From: an uncultured Planctomycetia bacterium
GTDB lineage: Bacteria > Omnitrophota > Gorgyraeia > Duberdicusellales > 4484-171
Length of the DNA: 64,000 nt
Reading direction: 5' to 3'
Assembly: GCA_964489445.1 (NCBI GenBank)
Contig: CAZAYU010000007.1
Coordinates: 37,579 to 101,578 of the forward strand
Shown here piece after piece: positions 20,032-29,218 of the stretch (position 1 is its first letter; each line of letters opens with the position of its first letter). The position numbers were made by a program, and so were the translations under genes. The notes beneath the pieces are model-generated. The model saw only the letters and a list, made by a program, of their open reading frames with translations, ran no database searches and was not told where the DNA came from.

Positions 20032-21327
20032 CTATTTCAACAAATCCTCAAGCTCGCAAGACAACAGTGCCGACTTATTGAGGACAATCTGTTCTTTCTG
20101 GTTTAAGCGCTCTGTAGTACTTCTGATAAGTTTAGTAGTTATACTCCTATTTCTGCTAAGCATAACGCGGTTTATTTTTTTTAGATACTTTTCGTTTTTC
20201 TGATGAAAAAGAGTCGCATGCCGCTTGAGTCTATCGTGATATGAGGAGCGGATACCCCCTCCGTCACTTTTGAATTGAATGATACGACTTATATTTTCAT
20301 TGATCTCAGTCGGAGGAAAATCTCTTTCACAATCTTCAATCCAGTATTCAACCATTTCATATCGTATCCAGCAGGTCTTCCCTTCTTCGGTATTATAGGT
20401 GAATGTAAACGAAAAGTTGTCATTACTAAAATTCTGATACACTTGGACGCTTTCCAATGCGGTCACCGTGCATATTTCATATGTATCGACAAGCTGTAAA
20501 TAGGTTTCTCTCCAATTTGTAAGCCAATTTTCAATGTAGGTACGGTTCACAAAGAGCGGCAAAAGATCCTGGTTAAGGTTTACATCGCTGACAGCATTCA
20601 TTTTGATTGTAAGCTTATCGAAAAGTGTACGCAAATCTTTGGCCTCCTCCACATTTTTAGCCATAAGATAATCAAGGTCGGGTACAATCTTGTTGTTCAT
20701 GTACCAAAGAAGGTCATATATATCACGGCCTTTTTCCTCATAAAAAGCCTTGCCCACACCACGTGTCCCACGAAGAAAAATTGCAGCCACTTTACTGGCC
20801 ATAAGAGCCGACATATTATAGGTTAAGATCACAAAGGATAACTGATCTTGATTGATAGGATAACGTTCGGTTACCGTTTTGGGAGACGTAAAATGATTTA
20901 GATCAACTTTGACATGTATCTGATTTGACGGATGGCTAAGATTTAATGCTGCACCAACATTGAATTTAAGCAGCAACCCTCTTCCTGTAACGATTTTTAC
21001 AGCCATGAAATTTAAATGGGTACTATACGTACGGGAAAAATGATCTTCGATTTCTTTCTTTAGTTTATCCAGAAAATCTTTCGTTACCCTTTCAGAAACT
21101 TCAAAATCCAAATCAACCGACATTCGGTCGAGTCTATGAATAATGCGTAGTACAGAACCCCCGTACATTATCCATTTATTATATTCGGGATGGTGGTAAA
21201 TAAAATTAAGGACGTAAAACTGAAGTTCCTCCTTAAGGACATTTCGGAGCGTTTCAGCATCCATCTCCCCATGTTGGGCAAGATCATCAAGTTTCCTTTT
21301 TAAAATGGCAAGAATATGTTCACTCAT
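20032..21327 (-). CDS. AbiEii/AbiGii-family nucleotidyltransferase toxin (DUF1814) with a roughly 130-aa C-terminal extension
   Basis: The DUF1814 hallmark MYGGSVLRIIHRLDRMSVDLDFEV is present. The protein is 431 aa against the usual 280-320. Confidence 0.7.
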   Translation of the reverse strand: MSEHILAILKRKLDDLAQHGEMDAETLRNVLKEELQFYVLNFIYHHPEYNKWIMYGGSVLRIIHRLDRMSVDLDFEVSERVTKDFLDKLKKEIEDHFSRTYSTHLNFMAVKIVTGRGLLLKFNVGAALNLSHPSNQIHVKVDLNHFTSPKTVTERYPINQDQLSFVILTYNMSALMASKVAAIFLRGTRGVGKAFYEEKGRDIYDLLWYMNNKIVPDLDYLMAKNVEEAKDLRTLFDKLTIKMNAVSDVNLNQDLLPLFVNRTYIENWLTNWRETYLQLVDTYEICTVTALESVQVYQNFSNDNFSFTFTYNTEEGKTCWIRYEMVEYWIEDCERDFPPTEINENISRIIQFKSDGGGIRSSYHDRLKRHATLFHQKNEKYLKKINRVMLSRNRSITTKLIRSTTERLNQKEQIVLNKSALLSCELEDLLK

Positions 21328-22003
21328 CGTTAAGGTATTTTTTTATCATTGTGTAAAATTTGGTCCGTTCCTTTTTATCCATTTCGTCAATATCTATCCG
21401 CAATTCTTCGATAAGCGCTTTAACGTCTTTTGAACGAACGCCACGGAACTGGTAAGTCTTGAAATAGAGTAGATCAAACAAAGCCTTTGCCGGAGAAGCG
21501 ATGTAAAAATCGAGTTTCACTGACTGGCCGTCTAACGACTTTTCTGCTGACAAGGTAGGCGATACAAGTGAAACTGACTTCCCTTGTGCCAAGAAAAAAT
21601 CTGAAAATAACTCTTCTTTTATGGACTGATAGGTGAAAATGCCGGCTTTTGTTTTATAGTTCCTAGTCACTTTCGGCGTAACAGAGGTAATGCTGTATAT
21701 GACTTCCGTGGTAAGGTTGTAAAATTGAAGAGCGGCCCATGAACTGACATAGGAAGGCGTTCGGATAATGTTTGCCAGGTAAAAAGAATAGGAAATATCG
21801 CTTCTGTTTTTGCTAAAAAAATCGGCTGATATATAGAGCCCCTTTTTGAGTTGGAGGATTTCTTTATGCTTCAGGAAGCGGCTGATATATGTATCCACCG
21901 TGGTATCGGAAAGTCCCAGTTGTTTGCCAAGTTGATATAGGCTGTCTTTGCTGAAGTAAGGAAAAGATTTTAGCTGTTCTAATAGGTTTCTCTTGCTTTT
22001 CAT
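21320..22003 (-). CDS. AbiEi-family type IV antitoxin / transcriptional regulator
   Basis: At 227 aa with an N-terminal wHTH-like region, it sits immediately upstream of AbiEii and overlaps it by 8 bp. A TTGACA-N17-TACACT promoter lies at 22016-22044. Confidence 0.6.
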   Translation of the reverse strand: MKSKRNLLEQLKSFPYFSKDSLYQLGKQLGLSDTTVDTYISRFLKHKEILQLKKGLYISADFFSKNRSDISYSFYLANIIRTPSYVSSWAALQFYNLTTEVIYSITSVTPKVTRNYKTKAGIFTYQSIKEELFSDFFLAQGKSVSLVSPTLSAEKSLDGQSVKLDFYIASPAKALFDLLYFKTYQFRGVRSKDVKALIEELRIDIDEMDKKERTKFYTMIKKYLNDE

Positions 22004-22078
22004 AATTATGACATAAGTGTATCATAAAAGAAACATGCTGTCAAGTGCCAAATTAAAAACAAATTTTTATCTTACTTA

Positions 22079-22285
22079 TTAAATTTTCCCTAACTCTTTC
22101 ACTCCAAACCATTTATCTTCCTCAACTGCCCCAAAATCATCCCTACGTACTGGGATATACGGCCAGCCATATGTCTTAATAAAAATTTTTGACTGACATG
22201 TCCGTGGCTCTCTGGAAAATTGTCGCAGAGAATTCTCTGGTATATAGGAGCCCGGACGTTTTTCGGTTACTCTTTTATTTGCCAT
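22079..22285 (-). CDS. Hypothetical 68-aa protein downstream of a duplicated promoter copy
   Basis: The ORF has only a weak RBS and no recognisable domain. It contains one copy of the recurrent ACGGCCAGCC motif. Confidence 0.25.
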   Translation of the reverse strand: MANKRVTEKRPGSYIPENSLRQFSREPRTCQSKIFIKTYGWPYIPVRRDDFGAVEEDKWFGVKELGKI

Positions 22286-22296
22286 AGTTTTTTACC

Positions 22297-22421
22297 CACC
22301 CACATGCCTAAATATTTTTGCTGCTTTTATTTATTATAACAAAAAATAATTATTTGGTAAGAAATATTTGATTTGTATTAAGCAGAGTGTACCTAAATAG
22401 GACGTCCGTGATTTCTCCTTC
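22297..22421. repeat. Direct repeat copy A (about 125 bp) containing a promoter and 5'UTR
   Basis: It is about 97% identical to 27155-27279, with 4 mismatches. It contains TTACCA-N16-TGTTATAAT on the minus strand. Confidence 0.85.
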
Positions 22422-22424
22422 ATT

Positions 22425-24704
22425 TTACAACTTCGCGCTTCGCAATCTTAGGGCATTTCCGATTACAGAAACCGAGCTGAAACTCATGGCCGCTCCGGCA
22501 ATCATTGGATTGAGTAACAATCCGATAAATGGATATAAGATACCTGCAGCGATTGGAATCCCTATGGCGTTATAAAAAAACGCAAAGAACAAGTTCTGCC
22601 GGATATTCCCCATAACAAATCGGCTAAGTTTTATGGCTTTAACGATCCCGTTTAAATCACCTTTCACCAATGTGATCCCCGCGCTTTCAATGGCAACATC
22701 CGTTCCCGTTCCCATCGCCACACCAACTTCCGCCTGAGCCAACGCAGGCGCATCGTTAATGCCGTCACCTGCCATTAAGACCTTCGCGCCTTTTCCTGTT
22801 AGTTCCTTGACAATTTCCTGCTTGTCCTTTGGCTCAAGCTCTGCACGAACATCGTCGATCTCTAGTTCCTTGGCAATTGCCTGTGCTGTCTTTTGATTGT
22901 CGCCAGTCAGTATGATAACTTTTAATCCAAGGCCATGAAGTTCCTTAATCGCAAGTGGCGTACTTTTCTTGATCGGATCAGAAATTCCAAGCATCCCCAT
23001 AATTTTCTTTTCCTGCGCCACCCAAACAACCGTCTCGGCCTTCTCCTGTATGACTGTTGCTTTTTGCTTTAACCCTTCAGGCAAATCCCCGGCAAGCTCA
23101 GTAATAAATTTTCCCTTACCCAAATAAACATCTTTCCCATCTATTTTTCCTTTGACTCCACCGCCTGTCACAGAATCAAAGCCTTGGACATTCTTAAGAC
23201 CAACGCTCTTTTCTTTTGCATAGTCAAGCACAGCCCGCGCCAAAGGATGCTCGCTGGCTTGTTCCAACGAACCAGCAATGAAAAGAACATCCTTTTTTTC
23301 AATGCCTTCCTCTGTTTCAATTGAGGTCACACGAGGCCTTCCTTCGGTCAATGTTCCGGTTTTGTCTGTCAACACATGAGTAATTTTTTCAGTCTTTTCA
23401 ATCGCCTCCGCGTTCTTTATTAATATCCCAGCCTGAGCGCCACAGCCGACACCGACCATAATAGACATCGGCGTCGCTAATCCAAGCGCGCAGGGGCAGG
23501 CAATGATCAAAACAGCAATAGCATTAACTAAAGCATAAGCCAACGCGGGCGAAGGTCCCCATAAAGTCCAAATCACAAATGTCACAACAGCCATGGCAAG
23601 GACAACAGGCACAAAAACTCCGGCCACTTTATCCACCATCCTTTGTATCGGCGCCCGGCTGCGCTGTGCTTCCGAGACCATATGAACAATCTGAGATAAC
23701 AATGTTTCAGAACCGACCTTTTCAGTTCTCATAACAAATGTTCCGGTTTGATTAATCGTAGCACCGATGACTTTATCACCTTCTTTTTTTTCTACCGGCA
23801 CCGGCTCCCCTGAAATCATGGACTCATCGATTGTGCTTTTTCCTTCTGTGATAACGCCATCCAAAGGCACCTTTTCTCCAGGCCGCACACGCAAGAGATC
23901 TCCCTTTTGAATCTGATCGATATCAGCTTCTTCTTCCTCTAAATCAATAACCTTGTGCGCCTTTTTCGCCGCAATCCCCAATAACGCCTTTATGGCCTGC
24001 CCTGTTTGAGTACGGGCCCGAGTTTCCAGATATTGGCCCAAGATCACCAAAACGGTAATCACAACGCCTGCTTCAAAATACAACCCCAGCTTCCCAGACA
24101 TCTTTAACGATTCAGGGAAAATCTGCGGGAACAAAACCGCAACAGCGCTATAAGAATAAGCTGCTCCCACACCCATAGCGATTAACGTGAACATATTCAA
24201 ACTGCGATTAATGATTGATTTCCACGCACGGATAAAAAAAAATCCGCCAGCCCAAAAAATAACTGGTGTCGCTAAAATCAATTGGATCCAACTAGACATT
24301 TTATGAGAAATAAATCCGAATTTAAGCGCAGGGATCATTTCTTCCATAGCTAGAAGAAAAACCGGCAGCCCTAACACTAATCCTATCCAGAATTTACGGG
24401 CAAGCTTTTTTATTTCTTCCTGTTCCCCGCCTTCATCGGAGACAACGTTCTTGGACTCTAAAGCCATTCCGCATTTAGGACAATCCCCAGAATGATCCTG
24501 CTCAACTTCGGGATGCATTGGACAGGTATAAATACTAACGGGGCTAGCCTTCATTTTCGAAGGAATAGCCCCGTCTTTTGCATTCTGTCCTAAAAACTTT
24601 TGCTTACAGTGTGCACTACAAAAATAGTACTCCTGTCCATCACGCTTAGCCTTAATGGCCCCGGCTTCATTAACCTGCATTTTGCATATAGGGTCAACAG
24701 CCAT
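22425..24704 (-). CDS. copA: Copper-translocating P1B-type ATPase with N-terminal YHS and CxxC metal-binding domains
   Basis: The YHS domain is DPICKMQV...[12 protein letters not shown] and there is a CPMHPE...CPKCGM metal-binding stretch. The TM CPC motif is IIACPCALG, and DKTGTLT and [10 protein letters not shown] are present. The region is markedly higher in GC than its surroundings. Confidence 0.9.
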   Translation of the reverse strand: MAVDPICKMQVNEAGAIKAKRDGQEYYFCSAHCKQKFLGQNAKDGAIPSKMKASPVSIYTCPMHPEVEQDHSGDCPKCGMALESKNVVSDEGGEQEEIKKLARKFWIGLVLGLPVFLLAMEEMIPALKFGFISHKMSSWIQLILATPVIFWAGGFFFIRAWKSIINRSLNMFTLIAMGVGAAYSYSAVAVLFPQIFPESLKMSGKLGLYFEAGVVITVLVILGQYLETRARTQTGQAIKALLGIAAKKAHKVIDLEEEEADIDQIQKGDLLRVRPGEKVPLDGVITEGKSTIDESMISGEPVPVEKKEGDKVIGATINQTGTFVMRTEKVGSETLLSQIVHMVSEAQRSRAPIQRMVDKVAGVFVPVVLAMAVVTFVIWTLWGPSPALAYALVNAIAVLIIACPCALGLATPMSIMVGVGCGAQAGILIKNAEAIEKTEKITHVLTDKTGTLTEGRPRVTSIETEEGIEKKDVLFIAGSLEQASEHPLARAVLDYAKEKSVGLKNVQGFDSVTGGGVKGKIDGKDVYLGKGKFITELAGDLPEGLKQKATVIQEKAETVVWVAQEKKIMGMLGISDPIKKSTPLAIKELHGLGLKVIILTGDNQKTAQAIAKELEIDDVRAELEPKDKQEIVKELTGKGAKVLMAGDGINDAPALAQAEVGVAMGTGTDVAIESAGITLVKGDLNGIVKAIKLSRFVMGNIRQNLFFAFFYNAIGIPIAAGILYPFIGLLLNPMIAGAAMSFSSVSVIGNALRLRSAKL

Positions 24705-24743
24705 AAAAGGAACCCCTTCCTGTTTTTAATAATCCTGTTTGGA

Positions 24744-25142
24744 TTATTTCCCTATCTCGCCGGCGGTCAGAGCATTCTCTGCAGGATTATTTCTTCCCCT
24801 GCCCGTCATGCCACCTTTCATCATAGGACAATTTTTCATCATTTCCTTCATATTCTTCTGCATCGCTTCCATATCGATTTTGATTTCTACTTCTTTGACA
24901 AGGTTTAAATTTTTATCATATTTCATAAGTTTATTACCAGCTAAAACAATGACACCACCGTCTTCAGTGGCAACAATAGTCTTTTTCATCATGGCCTTCA
25001 TCATCATGCCACCCATAGGATTCATGCCCATATCCTTGCCTTTTCCCATCATATCGCCTTTCATCCCCTCCATTCCTTGCGCAAAAACAATAGCTGATAT
25101 TAGAAACAAACCGCTAAGCGTTAAAACCAATACTTTTCTCAT
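24744..25142 (-). CDS. Met-rich periplasmic protein, putative copper-binding
   Basis: A signal peptide is followed by the Met-rich stretch MEGMKGDMMGKGKDMGMNPMGGMMMKAMMKK. It lies 39 nt upstream of copA in the same orientation. Confidence 0.55.
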   Translation of the reverse strand: MRKVLVLTLSGLFLISAIVFAQGMEGMKGDMMGKGKDMGMNPMGGMMMKAMMKKTIVATEDGGVIVLAGNKLMKYDKNLNLVKEVEIKIDMEAMQKNMKEMMKNCPMMKGGMTGRGRNNPAENALTAGEIGK

Positions 25143-25263
25143 TTACGACTCCTTTTTTTCCGAGCTTACTGCGTAGATAATCACCAGTTAGCTAATGTTT
25201 AAACTCTAAAATATAATTCATAAAAGCGGCGTATCAGTGTAAGCGATGTTCGCTTCCTCGGAT

Positions 25264-25377
25264 TTACGGATCAGCAGCTCTTTTCCTAGCGATCCCGCTG
25301 ATCATTAAGACAAAAGCAAATGTATTGCCGACGTTGCCTGCCCCAATTATAGCAATTTTAGGTTCTAGAGAATCCAT
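25264..25377 (-). pseudogene. N-terminal remnant (37 codons) of an LDH/MDH-family NAD-binding dehydrogenase
   Basis: The minus strand reads MDSLEPKIAIIGAGNVGNTFAFVLMISGIARKRAADP* and then stops. The Rossmann motif KIAIIGAGNVG is typical of lactate/malate dehydrogenase N-termini. Confidence 0.45.
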
Positions 25378-25396
25378 GCTTTCACCTTCCCCCTGA

Positions 25397-26371
25397 TTAA
25401 TCTAAATGCCTATTAACACTAAAAGCTTTCTGAAGAGCGCGGTTTGCTAATGCCACGGCGCTGCTTGAGGCTGTAGTATTTGCAAGAGCGTTTAACATCA
25501 CAAAGTCGTGTGTGATCCCCAAATATCGAACAGCCGTTACGGGAACACCTGCCTCCATTAGCTTATGGGCATATGCTTCACCTTCGTCACGTAACACATC
25601 CAATTCGCCGGTAATAACAAGAGCCGGAGGCAATTTTTTAAGCTGCCCGATAGATGCTCGAAGCGGAGAAGCAGTTGGTCTTTTTCTTCCTGTTTTGTTA
25701 GGCAGATAGTTAGCCCAGAACCATTTCATGGCCTCGCGGGTCAGAAAATATCCTGTTGCAAATTGTTTATACGATTGCGTGTCGAAGTTAGCATCAGTCA
25801 CCGGATAAAATAGCACCTGAAAAGTAATAGCGGGTCCGCGCCTTTTCTTTGCTAGCATTGTAACAGCAATCGCCATATTGGCACCAACGCTATCACCTGC
25901 CACAGCTAATTTTGAAGTATCAAGGTTAAAGGTCTTCCCGTTTTTTGCGATATATTTTGTCGCGGCATAAGCCTCTTCGATTGCAACCGGATATTTTGCT
26001 TCCGGGGAGGGAGTAAAATTAACAAACACCACAGCAACTTTGGCGCCATTGGCAATTAATCGAACTAAACGATCGTGGGTTTTTTCATCACCCAAAACCC
26101 ATCCACCGCCATGAAAATACATTACAATAGGCAATTTATTAGTATAGCCTTTGGGCCGTATGATCCGAATAGAAACCTGTCCGCTAGATCCGCAAGGAAT
26201 GTTGCACTCTTCGATATCGACAGAAAGCTTCTTCACTTTTCCTGATTGTGCATCAGAAAGAACCTTACGAGCCGCTTCCACGGAAAGCTCATAAATCTTC
26301 GGGCCTTTTTGGGAGTTGACAGCGGCTAAGAAATCTTTTACGATTGGTTCTGTTCCAGATATTTTTTTCAT
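25397..26371 (-). CDS. Alpha/beta-hydrolase carboxylesterase/lipase, HSL family
   Basis: The oxyanion-hole motif HGGGW and the nucleophile elbow GDSVGANMA are present; the sequence is higher in GC than the surroundings. Confidence 0.8.
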   Translation of the reverse strand: MKKISGTEPIVKDFLAAVNSQKGPKIYELSVEAARKVLSDAQSGKVKKLSVDIEECNIPCGSSGQVSIRIIRPKGYTNKLPIVMYFHGGGWVLGDEKTHDRLVRLIANGAKVAVVFVNFTPSPEAKYPVAIEEAYAATKYIAKNGKTFNLDTSKLAVAGDSVGANMAIAVTMLAKKRRGPAITFQVLFYPVTDANFDTQSYKQFATGYFLTREAMKWFWANYLPNKTGRKRPTASPLRASIGQLKKLPPALVITGELDVLRDEGEAYAHKLMEAGVPVTAVRYLGITHDFVMLNALANTTASSSAVALANRALQKAFSVNRHLD

Positions 26372-26376
26372 AATTT

Positions 26377-27129
26377 TTACCTCTCCTTCTTACTAGTCAG
26401 ATTTTTTTCCGCAAAGTCCCAATTGATCAATTTCTCGATCACGACTTTCAGATAATCCGCTCGCCGGTTCTGATAATCGAGATAGTAGGCGTGCTCCCAT
26501 ACGTCAAGAACCAATAGCGCTTTTCCCTTCTTCTGCGACATGGGATTTTCGGCATTCGGTGTTTTGAGGATCTTGAGGACTCCTGCGTCTTCAACAAGCC
26601 ATACCCAGCCGCTACCGAACTGGGTCATCCCAGCTTCGGAGAATTGTTTTATAAAGTTTTCGTAACTGCCAAAGTCGGCATCAATTTTATTGCCTATCTC
26701 GCCTTTCGGTCTGCCTCCTCCTTCTGGAGACAAACTATTCCAATAGAACGTGTGATTCCAAGCTTGAGCCGCGTTATTAAAAATGCCCGCCTTGTCAGCC
26801 TGTCCGGATGTCTTGGCAATAACGTCTTCAAGCTTCATACCCGCAAACTCTACCCCCTCAACAAGCGCGTTCAACTTATTAGTATAAGCCTGATGATGCT
26901 TGCCGTAGTGAAAACTTATAGTTTTTTCGGAAATAACTGGTTCCAATGCATTCTGTTCGTAAGAAAGCTCTAGCAAAACGAACGGTCCTGATTTTGATTG
27001 TGTCATAACTATACTCCTTTTTTGGTTAATGTCGGTTTCTGCCGATGCCACCGACAGGATTAATACTGTGAAAACCATGGCCCCTATAATTGTTTCTTTC
27101 ATTCTGCATTTCTTTTTTATATCAGCCAT
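26377..27129 (-). CDS. sod: Fe/Mn superoxide dismutase with an N-terminal signal peptide (periplasmic)
   Basis: HYGKHHQAY and DVWEHAYY are present. I placed the start at 27129 (MADIKKKCRMKETIIGAMVFTVLILSVASA|ETD) because it is preceded by GGAGA. The ORF-track start at 27162 lies inside the repeated 5'UTR. Confidence 0.85.
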   Translation of the reverse strand: MADIKKKCRMKETIIGAMVFTVLILSVASAETDINQKRSIVMTQSKSGPFVLLELSYEQNALEPVISEKTISFHYGKHHQAYTNKLNALVEGVEFAGMKLEDVIAKTSGQADKAGIFNNAAQAWNHTFYWNSLSPEGGGRPKGEIGNKIDADFGSYENFIKQFSEAGMTQFGSGWVWLVEDAGVLKILKTPNAENPMSQKKGKALLVLDVWEHAYYLDYQNRRADYLKVVIEKLINWDFAEKNLTSKKER

Positions 27130-27154
27130 CAGATTATCTCCAGTGATTTCTAAC

Positions 27155-27279
27155 ACCCACATGCCTAAATATTTTTGCTGCTTTTATTTATTATAACAAA
27201 AAAGAATTATTTGGTAAGAAATATTTGATTTGTATTAAGCAGGGTGTACCTAAGTAGGACGTCTGTGATTTGGTGATTT
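27155..27279. repeat. Direct repeat copy B (about 125 bp) containing a promoter and 5'UTR
   Basis: It is about 97% identical to 22297-22421 and contains TTACCA-N16-TGTTATAAT on the minus strand upstream of sod. Confidence 0.85.
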
Positions 27280-27645
27280 CTAATAAGAGTATGCTACTGC
27301 ATCGACTATGATCTCTTTTTTTAATTTTCCGCTAATATTGCAATACCCCTCGACTGAAATCTTATCACCATTTTTAACATTAGGAATAAGATAGCTTACA
27401 GATTGGTTTTGGTTGTTATCCTCTTTGGAGATCATTTGTTGAATAATCTCTTCTCCATTCAACCCAACATCAACCTTTTCAATATAATGATTATTTGGAT
27501 TGCTTGTGCTATGTACAACTACGACATTAAGAATTCTTGTTGCTGGATCGAAAGCTATCTGAATATCCGAGGGTGGATGACTGTACGCTGCAGAAACATA
27601 TACAAAAAACAATAAACAACTTAAAAACACTCGTAGCTTCTTCAA
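27280..27645 (-). CDS. Secreted 121-aa protein whose mature N-terminus is predicted to start with His (HPPSD...), possibly CopC-like metal-binding
   Basis: The signal peptide is MKKLRVFLSCLLFFVYVSAAYS|HPPSDIQIAFDP and the mature part is beta-rich. The CopC-like assignment is an inference from the N-terminal His-Pro and the copper/oxidative-stress neighbourhood. Confidence 0.35.
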   Translation of the reverse strand: MKKLRVFLSCLLFFVYVSAAYSHPPSDIQIAFDPATRILNVVVVHSTSNPNNHYIEKVDVGLNGEEIIQQMISKEDNNQNQSVSYLIPNVKNGDKISVEGYCNISGKLKKEIIVDAVAYSY

Positions 27646-28397
27646 ATTGCACCTCCTTTATTTGTAGGTATTCTATACAATAATAAAATTAAAGCATTCA
27701 TAACTAACAAAGAAAACAACTCAACGTCAAATTTAATACCAACTTCTGTTAAGATGAAAATCAATACTGCCACTCCCATACCAAAAATGTATTTTCCAGT
27801 TGTTCTTGACGGAGTTGTTTTTGGTTCAATAAGCATAATAAAGATATAGAAATAACTAAAATAACTAAAAATATTTAAAAGCGGAACTTTTGTTAATAGC
27901 GCCTGCGTTCCAAATAAGAACAATGAAATAACTGTGTAACCAACAATAACTTCTAATTTCTTTACATGCTGTGCGAAGTAAATTCCAACCGGAACCAATA
28001 TGTACCATAAATAAGTGCTTTTCCATTGTGTAGAAGCGCTGAATATAACTATGGATAATAATACACCAAAAGCCGCTGGATTAAAGATATGTTTTTTTCT
28101 AAAGCTAATTAAATGTTTAGAAAAAATTGCTATTAAAGACGCAAACACAATTTTCCACCAACAATTATCACTTGAAAGCACGTATCCGATAATCATACCG
28201 GTGATTATTGAACTCTCAGTTATTTTAAATGCTTTTGTCTTGGAATATAAAATAAATGATTCACAAATAACCGCCGTAAATACAGAGATTACAAATGCAC
28301 CCAGAAAAACAAAATCTCTTTCTTTTATTGTAAAAAATAACACAACAGCTATTAAATAAATAATGAGTTGTGTTTTGATGGATCTTAAATTAATCAT
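27642..28397 (-). CDS. Polytopic integral membrane protein (about 7-8 TM), function unknown
   Basis: The sequence is hydrophobic throughout, overlaps the downstream ORF by 4 bp and is coupled to the pcm stop. Confidence 0.4.
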   Translation of the reverse strand: MINLRSIKTQLIIYLIAVVLFFTIKERDFVFLGAFVISVFTAVICESFILYSKTKAFKITESSIITGMIIGYVLSSDNCWWKIVFASLIAIFSKHLISFRKKHIFNPAAFGVLLSIVIFSASTQWKSTYLWYILVPVGIYFAQHVKKLEVIVGYTVISLFLFGTQALLTKVPLLNIFSYFSYFYIFIMLIEPKTTPSRTTGKYIFGMGVAVLIFILTEVGIKFDVELFSLLVMNALILLLYRIPTNKGGAI

Positions 28398-29032
28398 TAT
28401 TTTGTTTTCTCTTCTTCTCTAGTCATCGGGACAAACCTAACCGGAATAATATCTGTAATTTTTATCTGGCCGTTTATTTTTTTTAATAATTTTAATTCTT
28501 GGTAATTAGTTCCTACTGGAATAACCATCCTTGCGCCTTCGGCTAATTGTTCAGTTAACGGTTGCGGAATATTAGCTGAAGCACAGGTAACAATGATTGC
28601 GTCAAACGGTGCATACTCTTTCCAGCCAAAATATCCATCTAAGCAATTACCGATAATATTTCTATACCCTAAACTGCTTAAGACTTTTTTTGCTTGCTGA
28701 GATAACGTCTTCAATATTTCAATAGTGTAGACTCTCTTAGCTAATTCGGCTAGAATTGCTGTTTGATATCCAGAACCGGTTCCAACCTCTAAAACTTTAT
28801 CGTCATTATTTAATTCTAATAATTCAGTCATTAAGGCAACAATATAGGGTTGAGAAATTGTCTGTTCTTCGCCAATTGATAACGGGTAATCATCATATGT
28901 GAATCTCTGAGTCTCAAGTGGAACAAATAGTTCTCTTTTAATCCTTAACATAGCTTCTAATAGGCGGTGGTCTTTAATCCCCCGTGTTTTAATTTGATTT
29001 TTTACCATACTTTTTCTTGCTTCAGAAAACAT
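28397..29032 (-). CDS. pcm: Protein-L-isoaspartate O-methyltransferase
   Basis: It has the SAM-binding motif VLEVGTGSGYQTAILAEL and an overall PIMT fold, at 211 aa. Confidence 0.85.
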   Translation of the reverse strand: MFSEARKSMVKNQIKTRGIKDHRLLEAMLRIKRELFVPLETQRFTYDDYPLSIGEEQTISQPYIVALMTELLELNNDDKVLEVGTGSGYQTAILAELAKRVYTIEILKTLSQQAKKVLSSLGYRNIIGNCLDGYFGWKEYAPFDAIIVTCASANIPQPLTEQLAEGARMVIPVGTNYQELKLLKKINGQIKITDIIPVRFVPMTREEEKTK

Positions 29033-29218
29033 TGTTTCTTTAAAATTTACATCTAGGTATCACAGACGGTCAGCCGAATGTCCTAATGTAGACTCTCGGT
29101 GCAGATTTTTCATCCCTCGACTGTGCTCGGGACTTCCTTTGATCGTAAGTCTTTTGTTTGTTTGGTATATTTTTGTAAACCTTTTAATTGGGCATATCCC
29201 TATTTTATTTCATAATCT

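Noticed and set aside
19757-22424. Integron-like cassette array idea (co-oriented TA cassettes separated by repeated motifs)
   Set aside because: I could not find attC-type structure (an RYYYAAC ... GTTRRRY imperfect palindrome) around the motif copies, and no intI is present in the window. I kept it only as a low-weight hypothesis inside the motif finding
27642-28397. Assigning the 251-aa membrane protein as CopD
   Set aside because: Only its genomic context suggests it; I could not see the conserved His-rich CopD helices, so I left it as an unknown membrane protein
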